From Podarcis erhardii (lineage: Eukaryota): a stretch of 64,000 bases of DNA. The position numbers were made by a program, and so were the translations under genes. Location of the stretch: the NCBI GenBank assembly GCA_964252035.1, contig OZ176201.1; one strand, given 5' to 3'. The notes under the pieces were generated by a model, which ran no database searches, was not told the origin of the DNA, and saw only the letters and a list, made by a program, of their open reading frames with translations. How positions within the stretch are numbered: the first letter of the stretch is position 1; the number at the start of each line of letters is the position of its first letter. Below are positions 1-14,100 of this stretch, one piece after another.

Positions 1-1864
1 ACTGTCACCTAGAGGCAGCCATTACATCAGGCTAACTGACTTGTTCATCTTAGCTGGTTTATTTAAAAAAACCTGTAACTTTAGAACCTGGTGCCTGAGT
101 TTGCTTTTCCTCCTTCCTTGCCAGTCCTTTTCCTTGTGTAGCATGTCTTTTAGATTGTAAGGCTGAGAACAAGGACCACCTTGTTTTTTTAAGTTACTCT
201 GTGAGCCTTTTTGGCTGCAGAGTGGGTGTGTGTGTGTGTGTTTTATGTGAATAAATGCCAAGCATGGCACTATCTATGTGTGTATATACTTATGACAGCA
301 GCAGATCTCTACGTAGTAAAAGAAATCACAATGCTGCTACATTCTTCTTATTTTTTTAAGAAAACCCGTTGGTAATATGTTTCATATCAAATCCCTCTAT
401 TATATCTAATTCAGCATTCTTAGTCAATACAAGCGGCAGTGAATAGATCACTTGGAGGGAGGAGGGGCAGGAAGACTAAGTTGACAGAATCTCAAAGCCT
501 ACAAAGGTGTAATTCCCTCTAATTGCAGCATCTTGTATCACTGGCTGGTTCTATTAAAGAGATGACAGGTATGTAAATCTTGTGCTGAGGAGGAGTGAAG
601 AAATCTAGGGGAGGAAAGTGTGGATTTAAAATTACGTGCCATTTATCAATAGCAGATAAGAAGGGAAGCTGAGCTACTGTATAGTGTTCCGCCAGCCAGA
701 GTGACCTAACAGCTGAAGGAGTTATGCTGCCTCTCAAATTTACTGGGGACAACATTCTATTTATAAATAGACACACCACCAGTCGGGATCCCTTAGGAAG
801 AAAAGGAAAGATGATCTCACAAGGCTTTTGACTGGATGCTGCCTGCCTTAAAAAAAAAAAAAAGACAAGAGGACTCCCCCTCTTGTTGGTCTTTCAAAAT
901 ATTCCTGAACTTCATGTTTAAAAAGAGGACCATCACTCATCAAATATCCCAAAGCTAAACACATACATATATAGGAATCAAAACCCAAAACAACTTTGTA
1001 ATTCACTTGTAGGATAAACAAGAGCTTTGCTGCAGCATCACTGCACATAGTAATGCAGGGTGGGGGAAGGCAGAGAGAGAGAGACTGAGCCAAGCAGACA
1101 TTTGCAAGCAGGTTGGGCTGCTTAGAAACATGCTGGATTTTGACCAGCAGTGGGAAGAGGCTCGGGACAGCCAGCAAAAGTGCTGCAGGCACTTTGCTTT
1201 GTCCAACCACTTGGAGTCAAAGGATGAAAATATTTAAATAGCGCTACTTCAGTGTACAAAAGAGTCTTTCATCCCAACAGTTCATCTGCTTGACTAAAAT
1301 CCTGGGGCTGGCTGGAGGTTTTGACCAACTCCTTTTAAGCACAAAATACTGAATTTCTATTAATTATCGTTTAAGGAAGGTAAAACAAGGAACTGAGATT
1401 CAGAAATTCTTTTAGTTCTCCTTCTTGCTTCCCTTCTGCAAAACTTCTGCGCCTGGGTTTGTGTACACCAAGACAAAAGGCCGTTAAGTAACTTGCCAAA
1501 GGAAACAAAGAATTTGCCACAGAGCCAGCTCCAGAATGACTCTGCAGCTCTTGGGCTCCATCCAGTACTCACAGTGCCTCACAACATCTTAAACCATATT
1601 GCTCTTTGGTTTGATATTTAAGCATTTCACTATGTTATGAGCCGCACAATAATCGTCACCTTTTACCGTTTTTGTATTGCTTTAAAAAACTGCTAAATGA
1701 TCAGAACTTTTAAAGTTTCAACATATGTGATAGCCAAAATCTGTCTGATGACTTGTTGCTTTTACTACTTGGAGAGCCACCTACTGGGTTATAAGAGACA
1801 GGGATGCAGTTCTACAAACCACTTCCTCAAACACACAGTCTTGGATGAAAAATAAGCTACTTAC

Positions 1865-1901
1865 TGCCTTCACTTTGGCTGTCTTTGTTCGAGTTATAGA
1901 C
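1865..1901 (-). CDS. ARHGAP26: ARHGAP26 exon 12 (37 nt, PH-GAP linker)
   Basis: ctag|GTC TAT AAC TCG AAC AAA GAC AGC CAA AGT GAA GGC A|gtaagt; [12 protein letters not shown]. Confidence 0.95.
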
Positions 1902-4900
1902 CTAGAAAGTAAAGAAGAAAGCATTTAAACTTTTGCAATATTTGTACCCTTGATATACCCTAATATAATACCACTCATCATAAAATCGCCTATGCAGCAT
2001 GCCTAGAAAAGTCTTGCAACCAGAAGCATGGATTGTTATCTCCCATTTAGACAAGAAATATAGAGAGATTAAAATGGGGGGGGGTCTCTTATACCACTTT
2101 ACAACAAAACATCATTAAATGGCAACCGTGGTGATGAATTAACATAAACAATCCACATTGTTTACATAAAACAAAACTTGCAGCTATTAGGAAAAGCAGT
2201 GAAAAGTGGTTTGGTGGATGCAGTATGGTATAGGATGAGATTGTGAACAATGCACTTTTTCCACATTGATGAGGGGAACAATCTTTAACAGGGGCTCCTC
2301 AAAGAGGCTGCTGATTTAGGGCTTACTTACCATAACTACATAATGAAATGAACAGACTGGATACTAGAAAAAATTATTTAGCATCTGGCTCATTAAGTGA
2401 ATAAGGACTGTCCCTTTTTTGAGCCACAGCAGTTGCCTATGAAGATGCTGGACACAGCAAACCAGTAGGAAAAATACTATTTCAAAGTGTTTGCAGTGGC
2501 GTGTTAAACTAGTACATGGGCATGAGTTGGGTCACTCCAGAGACTTCAACAGCCCTCTCTAAATATGGATGAGAGGAAAAAACTGAATCACCCAAGACAG
2601 AATCTAAGCCCAGAAAGTAATCACAGGAACTAGCCTTTGGCGAAAAATAAATGTAAGGCTAATTGCTTTTGTTCTAAGAATTCTAAGCGTGCAGTTACAG
2701 TTATATTTTCAGGTGCCGCAAGTTTCCAAAAAACATGAATAAAGTAGGTCCCTTGGGAAGCATCATTCCTAATGAAACTTGGAGCACATGGCAAGTGCCA
2801 CTAGACCACATGCAGCACCCTGAAAGCCATCTTTCCCATCTGAACAGTTTGATGTGGCTATTTCGACCACAATCACATTTTATGGCTCAGAGCACTAAAG
2901 AAACCACAAGACCCATAAAAGTTCAGCTGCCTCTCAGAGTGAACAGCAGTGTTTTTCAAGTTACAACATTTCTCCATCACAAATGCACTTTTGCAAACAA
3001 GAATGCCACCACAGTTGTTAACTTTGCCAATGGTTAAGCTATTTTTGCTGGTTAATTGCTCTCATTGGTTATAGGAACCTAGCTCTGTATTCTGCCCTAT
3101 AAAATTGTAGCATGGTGTTAATAAGTCTAAAGCAAAACTGCCAGATTACTGCGGAGAATAAAAAAACTACAAGTATGGATACATTCAAAATGTGGCCAGG
3201 ACTATCCAAACCCCTAACAAGATTATCAGCCCTCAACTCTACCATCACGAATACAATCATTCACACTCACAATTCTACAGACGTGAAAACATGAATTCAC
3301 AGCACACACACCAAAGATCTGTCTCCCTCACATGTTTTCCTCTGAACCCATGGCAAAACTAAGAGAGGGAAAATCTGCACCTCCATGCCTTGAGGACAGT
3401 GTTTAGATTTTTTTTTTTGTACTTCTTATTTGCTCATTGTTTACTTTTACCATCCCTCACCATCTAAAAGGTTCAAAAGAAAACTGACCTGTCCAAACAC
3501 AGGCATGCCTAAACCAGTCTCCCAATTGACTCAGAGATAAGAGACAAGGCTAGGGAAATAATGTTTGCAGACAATGAGTGTAGTATAGGTTAATTTCCTC
3601 CCCGCAAACAGGAAGAGTCATAGCTCAGTGTTGGGAGTACATTATTTACATGCAAGAGGACCCCACTTCAATCCTTGGCATCTCCAGGGAGGGCTAGGAT
3701 AGCCATTGCCAGGGCTGGCTCAATACCTTTTGAAGTTTGAGGCAAGATGTGCCACTGATGCTTTCTGCTCACCTCACTGGTGTGCCAGCCATGCTAGGGC
3801 AGCAAGCTAGCTAGGGGTTGCAGGGCAGACCACAGGGCATACTTTTCCAGACACTTTCCACCCCTCTAAATTTGCCACCTGAGGCAGCTGCCTCATGGCA
3901 GGGCTGACACTGATCATTGCCAGTCAGAGTAGCACTGCAATACTAAGCTAGATGGACCATTGGTCTGGACAATGGTTTTTCTGGAGTCCTATTTTCTAAC
4001 TTCTACAAATTTGCTCAAACGACTTATTAAATCAGGTTGTGCTTTTACAAGTCAGCTATTACACATCAAGAACATTTATACCAAGGATGTAGAAGAACTC
4101 CAATTCCCATTCCCCCCAGCTAGCACAGCCTGTGGGCAGATGTCCATCATACAGCTTAACACAAGTTCTCACAAAAATAATATTAACTATTTGTTGCACT
4201 TGGGGAGAGCAGAGTTCATACTGTTCTGTTCTTTTTAGTTACATTTTCCTTTTTATTGTACATATGAGCAAAACCAAAAAGGTTAAGTATTTTTAATATA
4301 ACTTTTTTCATATCTGTGTATGCATGTGTGTTAAAAAGAATGTAAGATTTGTATTTCCAGATTTTTAGCTTTTAGTTTTGAAGTTTGAAATTATATACAG
4401 TTGGAATATGTGGTAAAATTTAACTTTTAATATCTAGATATGGGACTATTTTCTACTGTCAACTAACCTTTTCAAAATGAGAAATATACTCAGTCAAAAG
4501 ATATCTATTCCTGCCTTTGAAGCCCAATCTCAGAACACTAGCAAAATATTTAGCTTTGAATAATCATAATGCAATACAAAAAAAGACTACAGATTCCTTT
4601 TCAAAGAAGACAGAAAGAAATTACTTGTTCAGCTTTGGAAAGCTGGTGGAATGACACAGTAGGAAATAGAAAAGGCTGCTGTCAGCAAAAGCATTTTCTT
4701 CCAAGGCATAACATTTATATTGTTAAGCATTCTCCACCAACCCAAGCGGTGAGAAGTCCAAGAATAGCACTACAGAGTTTAGTTTTCTTTGGAAGAGAGC
4801 ACACTGGAGACTTAGTAAGTCTCTGTAATATTTGTTTTATTTACAAACATACCAGCAGAACATAGCAGAAGCTGGTCCTGCCTCAGATTCCAAAAGACAG

Positions 4901-7900
4901 CAACTGCTTGAACCATCACTCCTTCCTCTCATTCCGCCACAAGCTGCTCCACAGTCCAGCTGAGCTCCAGTTCAAAAAGCTCCCAGATCTCTTTCCCCAT
5001 GTTAATTCCTGTGCCCCTGACTAGCTCAAGGGTGCCACGTTCAAAATGCAGAGGAACAACATCCAATCAGTTAGCTACTATTCATCATTCACACCTGACT
5101 ATTAGAAACTTTACATAGTTTGGTCATTTAAACATGTATTATATGAACCTTGTCAAAACTAGCAAAGAATTAAACAGAATTATTGAGTGATTGGAAGTTC
5201 AGGGCCTACAATGGTCTGCCACTGAGGCACCAATCAGGTCCACATCTCAGCTTTGTTTTACAGATGCTTCCAGAGGAAGCAGGGAATCCTAGCTTTGTTC
5301 ATTTCATTTCAGATAAAATGAAGTGATGCAAAACTTCATCTAGCTTTTCTACCTTGCGGGAACCAATTTCTAGGACCCTTACATACTCTCTAAGGGAGCT
5401 GTGGTGGTGGTGAGTAGGACTCAAAATTGAAAAGGAAAGTGGAAAATAAGAGCTAATAGGAAGACACGAAGTGCTCCTGGAAGAAACAATCATTATTTAC
5501 GAAATACCAGAGTTTAACATCAATTGTCCTTTAGTTCACAAATCTACCAACAGCTCCAATCTGCTATACAAGAGACACACTTCCGCTCCAATTAATGTAT
5601 CCAAGCTAATGAAGCAGAAAACAGAAAGTGAGACGATACTTCTATTTCCAGCTATGAACTGCAAAAGCCTTGTGAACTTGCAAGCTGACCCTATGTTGAT
5701 GTTTGCCACAATTGCATGTGCCTGAAAGAGAAGATGGTTGGGTCTATATATAGAATGTCCTCTTCCCAATCGATAGAAAACAGGCAGCTTTAGCCTATGT
5801 GTCACCCTGAAGGGGCTGACTGATGTTCTTAAGAACCAATGGACTGATCCTCTATTTTTCATGGGTTTACAGCTTACAGGCTGCACCACCAGCAATGGAC
5901 AGGGGAAGACAGGCCACATTCACACTGACTTCTGTTCAAAAAAGCAAAGGATAGCTGTCTATGAAAGTGAAGGAATAAAAGAGAGGTCACGCAATGCCGT
6001 CCCCCCATCCTCTGAACATGATGAAAGAATGTGTAAGAAGCATCATAGAGCCATGCTGGTTGATGCCATCCATGCATACATCCTGCCATTGCCAATGAAG
6101 AGCGGGGTTCACAAATTGGACAGGTCTAATCTGGCTCCCCTCTCATGTAGAGGAACCCAAATGCACACATTAGTAAGTGTCTGTAGGGCAGGGCTATTCT
6201 GCACACACATCCTTTCTACATGTGTTGCAGTGGGCCATTTGGATCTTGCCACTGGTATGCTGCTTTGCCAATATTAGATGTGTGCTGGAAGGAAGTGGGC
6301 AGAGATGAAGACTGTGACACAAGCAGGGAGGGGACAGGACACAATGTCTTTTACATATTAAAGTTACATGTGGGTGTGGGCAGGGATACCCCCAGCTTTC
6401 TGCCACCAGTGCATTTACCAGCCATTCCCTCCTTCCCCAGCCACACAATCAGTGACCTTGAGAAGGGGCCCTCCACACATGCCAGTGTTCTTACACACAG
6501 CTACTCCACCTGACCAAGATCTCCGTTTGTGTGGAGCAAGCAGCAACTATCTGCACAGGGTGGTCTCTTCTCATGGTCAGCAAATGTATGGCCAGCAGAA
6601 GGCATAGCCGGCGGGGCAGAAGGTCCAGTCCACATGGCTCCCCGGCCTTCTCAGGTGTTTCCTGTGTGTGTTGTTGGTCAATTCGCTAAAACTATCTAAG
6701 ATACATTTAAGACCGGCTATAATGGCAGTGTTGAAGGGGGCATCAGGGTAATATTTAGGGGGGCACAGCAATATTTCTGTCAGAGCAAGCATTTCAACTA
6801 GCCAGATGGAATAATCTCCCCTTTCATTCCCCCATGTGCTGTTCTGGGGATTCACTGCTACCCCCGCCCCCCCCCATGGCAAAACCCACTTTTTTAGGGT
6901 CCAAAACACAAGAGGCTATTAAAAAGAAATTCTAGCCATTTCCCACGAAATCTGAAGAGGCTCTGTGGAGCTCTTCCCTGAAAAGCTTGATCTTGTTTTC
7001 CCATACAGCTTTGCTGCCATGCTGGCTGGAGCTCATGGGAGTGGTAGTCTAAAACATCTGGATGGTACCAGGTAGGGGATGGGAGAGGTAGTAAGAACAG
7101 GGTCTGTCTGCAAAGTTTCGTCTCTCACATAGCAGGTGAGAAATGTAAATCTTTCAGGAGACTTTGCAGGGAGCATTTCCCCACTCCACTCCACTGCCAG
7201 TACAGCTAGCCCTGAAAGTGTTCTCTGGTATCTCTCTAAGGAATAGAGCAAGATGGATAGAAATTGCATTTAGAACAGCATCTAAAAAAACCTGGAAGAC
7301 AAAAAGGGTTTTAAGAGTGTAACATACTACAATGAATTATTTAGTGCTTTCTCTCTCTGATGATGATGACAGAAGACCAACTTGGCTCCTACCCAAAGCG
7401 TTTTTATAGGAATATTGCTTTTCTAGCATGTTTAACTGACTGAGCTGAGAAACAGGCAACTTTTTTTGGGGGGGGGGTGTATCAATCATCTAATAGGTCC
7501 AAAACTGAGACCATTAGTAATTTTACTACTCTTCCCTTTCCTTCTTTCAAATAAATCCTCAACCAGGTTAGGATGAGCAAGGTATGCATAAATAGATAGA
7601 TGGCATTGTTAAATAGCACAAAGTGGGAATTCCTTTAACAAGTTTATACACTGGAAGCAAGTACATTTCACACCAGTGCGGCAGCAAGTGATCTGATCTT
7701 TATAGGCCAAATAGTTTTCTAAACTATGAAGGCAATGGTATATTTATCAGGATATAAATCAGGTAGTTGCTCAAAGGAAAACAAAATGTTTGGCCACAGA
7801 TTTATATTACAAGTTCCATTGCTGGCATATTGTGGCATTATTTTAAGGAATGGAAACTCTGAGGAGATAATCACTGGAAATGTTTTGCTTACATGGAGAT

Positions 7901-10900
7901 GGAAGAGCGCTTTGCCTTTGGCAGCACAAATAAATAAATAAATAAATCTGAAGTCAGCCCATCAGAGGGTTGATTTTTATATCTGACACCCAGACAGACT
8001 TGGCACTCTGTCAGAAAAAGGCAGCCAACCTTGGATGGCAGCCCAGCAGAAGGATGCTGGCACAACACAGAGCAGTGAAGGTGCAAGTCCAAAATAGCAA
8101 CTCTCCTTTTCTGAATGCAAGACACCTGGCAACCTTGGTGAAATTATTCCTAAACTGCTGGCTTCATCTTATCAGCTCTGTTTTTGTCTTGTCTGATGGC
8201 CAAGTTTATATGTTCCAGGCCGCTCTCTCCGCCTCCCACCACCACCACCAAGGCCAGCCTCTGCTATTTGGCAGCTTAATTTTGTAGCCCCAACAAGAGT
8301 TTTCTGAGCCAGAAGCATCTATTACCAGGAAGAAAGCCTCCTATTTCCAGAGAAGTCCAGTTACAACTCCCACCCTAATATCAGCCACACCAACACCAAG
8401 GGGAAAAACAAAACACAGCACCGATTCTAACGTAAGGAGCTTGGAAAACAAACTGATTTTATTGTGGGTTTGTCCGAGAAATATCTGCTCAGTCCTGTAA
8501 TCACCTGCAGAAATCCAAATAAGAAAGCAGTTTAGCACGTCTAGATTTTACTCCTATGTTTCACTTCAGCTTCAGTATAACCCACATTGTCTGGTTACCC
8601 ATAATGCAAGCATCCTCAACCAGATGTCAAGCTTGGGTGTTGCATTTGAGGTAATCTAAAATGGCAAGCAGCCACCATGGATCAAAGTCAAGCACCAGAA
8701 AATCTGATTCAAAAGTGGTGGCGGCAGCAGATACCACCACTGACCTAGGAAACACATCCGGTCCAGGGGCAGGTGAGTGATGGGTGGCAGCGGTAATGTA
8801 TGATGGTGGCAACATACAACAGCATCAGGTTGGGGACCAGGCTGGAAGCAGGTTCAGGCCACTGCAAAGGACCTCTAAACTCAGACGCCACATCTGAAGT
8901 GGAGAGAGCCTATGCGCATTGAGCTACTCCATGCGCAGCCAAATGAAATAAACACATGAAGGATGAGGGGCCAGGAAATAACATTGAGCATGGCCCCCCT
9001 TTCCCTAATTCAAGTGTACAGTCCTATATTTTCATCAGAAATCTCTATGGTTATTTTTAAACAAAATATATAAGGCAGAACCATTTAAATATATTTTTGG
9101 GAAGTTGGTGCCTGTTTGAATGCATGGCAAGGGTAGCATAATAAAGGAAAATAGTTCTCTTTATTCTTATTCAGTCATCAACTTAGTATCTGGAGACAGG
9201 CCAGAAATAAGACACACGGTGCATTGTTGACTCCCCAGATAATACAGACAGTGCTCTCTTCTGCTTATTCGTCATCCCACAAGAACTTCAGAGTTGTGCT
9301 AAGGTTTCCTTCCAAGTCTGACTCCACCCTTCCCTTTAAAAAAATGAGACGGTATTACTGAGTTAGGGACCAAAAGCCACACGCCATTAGCTGCAAAAGC
9401 ACTCCCACCAGTATTCAAGAAAGCATCTTAAGATAAATTGACCTTGGCTACAAAATGAAAGCAGACAGTTATTCCAGTAAAAACCTCACATGGAGCAGCA
9501 TCTGAAACAGATAACAAATGCAAAGAATTTCAGTACGCTGCATTAGCTTCATCTTTCACCACCTGTACCACTGGGGGAAACGCAGGTGCAGTTTTTCCTC
9601 TGTGCACAGGTCTGATTTATGTGCCACTCCAAATGGGGAGATAAGAAGAACCCAGTGCACATTGGTAAGTAGATCTGTTGGAAAACATGTGCATGGTCAA
9701 TGCAAACTATCATGACTAGGGAACCCTAGACAGAAAGAATGAAGGTGTATCTGCCACCCAGTGAATTTCTTGGTCCATGTGTGAATACTTCCAAGAATTC
9801 TGTGTCACTGTATCACTGTACTTGGTGTTTCCACAGCCAGAACTGGCTGGCTGCAAGCATTTTTAGGGCATGGAAACCTTACAGTTAAATAAAGTCCCTT
9901 TGCATAGAAGTTCAGTAGGTCAGCTTAAAAAAAACAAAAACTTTCTGGAAGTTTACCATGACTTTGGTGCTTAGAGGAAAATGCTTGTTTTAATGTGAAG
10001 CTATCTGCTTTTATGTTTTAAGGGTTGAGGATTTCTTTTTTAACCATTAAATAATATATTTATTGTAGTGCTTTATGTTATCTTGCAAGCTGTGCCAAGG
10101 GATTGATCCCTGAGGCAGCACAGAAATTCCAAAGCTACCAGCAGGTAAGAATAAATGAGCTCAATTTATTTCTCCTTGCACATTACCTGAAATTGCGTCA
10201 GACTGTGGGGTAGGGTGGGGATCAGCAGTGAACATCTGTATATTCTAAAGCATTGGATGAGGAAAGCATGTATTTGTTTCTCTGCGGCAGGTTCAAGTGG
10301 GAAATATTAGATGACATAAGGCTTAAATTTAAAAGAAAGAACAAAATGAATGAATGAATGAAACACTGTGTGTGTGTGTGTGTGTGTGTGTTTCAAGGCA
10401 ATTAACATAAGAGCCCCACTGGATAAAGCCAACGGCCCATTAAGTCCAACATCCTGTTCTCAAAGCTGCTAACCAGGAGCCTGTGGGAAGCCCACAAGGA
10501 GGACCTGAGGCCAGCAACACTCTTCCCACGTGTGATTCCTAGAAACTGGCATCGGGAGGCATACCACTGCCGATATGGAGGTAGCGCACAGCCATCGTGG
10601 CCAATAGCCATCAATAGCCTGATTCTCCAAGAATTTGTCTAAGCTCCTTTTAAAGCCATCCAAAGTTGGTGCCAATTACCACATCTTCTATTTTCCTACA
10701 ATTTCAGTGCAGCCCGATTATGAGAGGCAAATGAAATACAGGGGGGGGGGGCGAGGGAGAAGGGGAGGAATCAGATGGCAGAGCCAGATGTTGTTTACTA
10801 ATTTACCATGCACAGAATGAGGTACCCATCATTGTGACCTCCTTTTCCAGCAGAGCTGTCAAAATGCAAACCCAACACACAATGCTGTTTATATTTGCAC

Positions 10901-11102
10901 TGTCAGCAAATAAGGTGTTCCAGATCTAATCAGCCTATAAGCATGCAGAAGCACCTGTGCAGGCTGAATCTGAAGTTCAAGCAAAGTTCAGTGGGTTGTT
11001 TGGGCCAGACAAGCTAAATTAAACAAACAGAAAGGGAAGAAAAACCACAACAATAGAGAGGAGGGAAAACAGTGATTTGGAGCACTGAACTGGAATGAGT
11101 AT

Positions 11103-11186
<84 letters not shown>

Positions 11187-14100
11187 AAAGTGGGTGAGAG
11201 AAAATACCATGAAAAGGAACAGAAATTCCAGTTGGAGGGAGGGAGGGAGCAACTAATTCAAAAATGGCAGATTAGTTCCAACAGGAAAAAGCTCACCAAC
11301 TTCATACAAGATGATGTAAATCTACAAAACCTTCTTCCTTTACCTCTTACAAAAACAAACTCCAAAGCCAAAGTGTTTGGAAGAGAATAGAGAGGAACGA
11401 ACAATGACAAATCACAGAAGGACAGCAATTAATAATGACAGCGAAGGCTGTGAGCGCTGTCTCACTTGCCCAGACACAAAAACCGTTCACTAGAGACTTT
11501 GCCAAAAGCAACGCATGCAAAGCTAGCAAGTTCCAAAAGGAGAATGTCAGAAGGGAAGACCGAGATTTAAAAGGTTTATGCACGCTTAAGGTTTGGAAAC
11601 GTTCAGATGCTGCTTCACGATCCTTTGCACCTCGGCTATTTATTAAAAATTACTGTGCCTGAGGTATTCACTTAAACTCACAAATATGATGTATTAGAGA
11701 AGGGGGGCAGCAAACCAAATTATTCTTTGGGAAATGGGACCTTTAAAAGTAAAAATTAAAAAACCCACTGCTTAGATGATTGAAAATACAATGCAATGCA
11801 ACCCTTTTCTATTCCAGATGCATCTGAGTGATGGCATACTATTGGGAAATAATTTGAATTAAAATATTTAGCATTAATATCATACTGCTAGAAGTGACAT
11901 AATTAAGCTCTTGCTGTTTGGATGATTAGAATATTATATGTCATATATGTCAAATTTTAATTTATTTTTCTTGCTCTATTACATTATTGTCATTGTGTGG
12001 GGAAGTATTGCTTCTGTCTGTTACTATGTTATGTATTTTTGTGTTTCTATATTGTAAACTGCCATGTGATGCTCAGCTGACAAGGTGCCCCATGATATTC
12101 TTGTAAAGAAGCTGGTAAAATGCGGTCTTGACTATGGTACCACTCAGTGGATTTGTAACTGGCTGACTGACCGAACCCAAAGGGTGCTCATCAATGGTTC
12201 CTCTTCATCCTGGACAAGAGTGACTAGTGGGGTGCCACAGGGTTCTGTCTTGGGCCCCGTCTTATTCAACATCTTTATCAACGACTTGGATGATGGACTC
12301 AAGGGCATCCTGATCAAATTTACAGATGACACCAAACTGGGAGGGGTGGCTAACACCCCAGAGGACAGGATCACACTTCAAAACGACCTTGACAGATTAG
12401 AGAACTGGGCCAAAACAAACAAGATGAATTTTAACAGGGAGAAATGTAAAGTATTGCACTTGGGCAAAAAAAATGAGAGGCACAAATACAAGATGGGTGA
12501 CACCTGGCCTGAGAGCAGTACATGTGAAAAGGATCTAGGAGTCTTGGTTGACCACAAACTTAACATGAGCCAACAGTGTGACGCGGCAGCTAAAAAAGCC
12601 AATGCAATTCTGGGCTGCATCAATAGGAGTATAGCATCTAGATCAAGGGAAGTAATAGTGCCACTGTATTCTACTCTGGTCAGACCTCACCTGGAGTACT
12701 GTGTCCAGTTCTGGGCACCACAGTTCAAGAAGGACACTGACAAACTGGAACGTGTCCAGAGGAGGGCAACCAAAATGGTCAAAGGCCTGGAAACGATGCC
12801 TTATGAGGAACGGCTAAGGGAGCTGGGCATGTTTAGCCTGGAGAAGAGGAGGTTAAGGGGTGATATGATAGCCATGTTCAAATATATAAAAGGATGTCAC
12901 ATAGAGGAGGGAGAAAGGTTGTTTTCTGCTGCTCCAGAGAAGCGGACACGGAGCAATGGATCCAAACTACAAGAAAGAAGATTCCACCTAAACATTAGGA
13001 AGAACTTCCTGACAGTAAGAGCTGTTCGACAGTGGAATTTGCTGCCAAGGAGTGTGGTGGAGTCTCCTTCTTTGGAGGTCTTTAAGCAGAGGCTTGACAA
13101 CCATATGTCAGGAGTGTTCTGATGGTGTTTCCTGCTTGGCAGGGGGTTGGACTCGATGGCCCTTGTGGTCTCTTCCAACTTTATGATTCTATGATTCTAA
13201 ATAATATTCTAAATGTTTATCCTAACTATAATCTATTTTTGCAAGGTGATTTATATAGATGAAATATTATTGTGCAAATTGTTGTGGATCTTTTGTTATC
13301 CTCTGAAATAAATCTGAAAAAATACTGTGCATATGTGCAAGCACAAGCTTATACATAAGTTATTTTTAGAGCATTTTCACACTGAGTGTGTATACTGAAA
13401 AGGTCAATTTGGAATTTCACTCTGCAGTGATTTTTTATTGGAAACCTTCTTTGGTTTCTCCTGGCCAATCAGGAACTGTGACAAGGGTGCTGGCTCAGCA
13501 ATATGCAACCAGGTCCAACAATCTTTGTCCTTCCTTGCCTGTGTTTCAAACATTTGAGGAGACATTTTTCAGGCATCTAGAATACCTGTTAATCTCATCT
13601 CTATTTCAGTACCTTTTTGGAGGCTATTGGAGCAGGTGGGGTTGACTAGGCTGGATAGAGCTCGCCCCCAGCACAGCAAGAGAGAGTAGGAAGCACACTA
13701 CGAGAAAGAAATGGTCATCGCATTTCTGGAATGTTTTGATATCTGAGTAGCAATCTAAGATGATGTTGATCCTGCACACAAGTGCAGCGAGCATCTTAGG
13801 TAGGGGGACATGCTGCAGAAATGCCATGAGACGGATAGGAAAATAGAGCGTCCATGACTTTCTCAACTGTCCTAATCAATTCGGCATCAAGCTTTCATAT
13901 AATACTCAGGCTGGGAATCAAGATTCTGTTTGAGTTCAACAAGAACAACTTAAAACACATTAGAACGTATCCTGCAAGGCTTCAGAGTGGACCCAATACA
14001 TTTTGCTTCCTGATGTAATGGATTAAATGGTGTGCCCCTCATTCCTCTCGCTAGATTGGCAGTTGAATATTTCAATTCTGGCGATGGGGCAACATTCTCC

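Noticed and set aside
1573-1587. 15-nt microexon in intron 12 (donor ACT|gtgagt)
   Set aside because: The acceptor has no pyrimidine tract (aaagagcaatatggtttaag) and the exonic donor bases are weak.
3611-3700. tRNA gene calls at SINE heads (also near 19330, 35640 and 60960)
   Set aside because: No complete cloverleaf; each continues into SINE body and tail sequence.
5760-6910. ORF-dense, slightly GC-richer block as an endogenous viral element or nested gene
   Set aside because: None of the translations shows viral, RT or transposase motifs I can recognise. A tblastx search would be needed.
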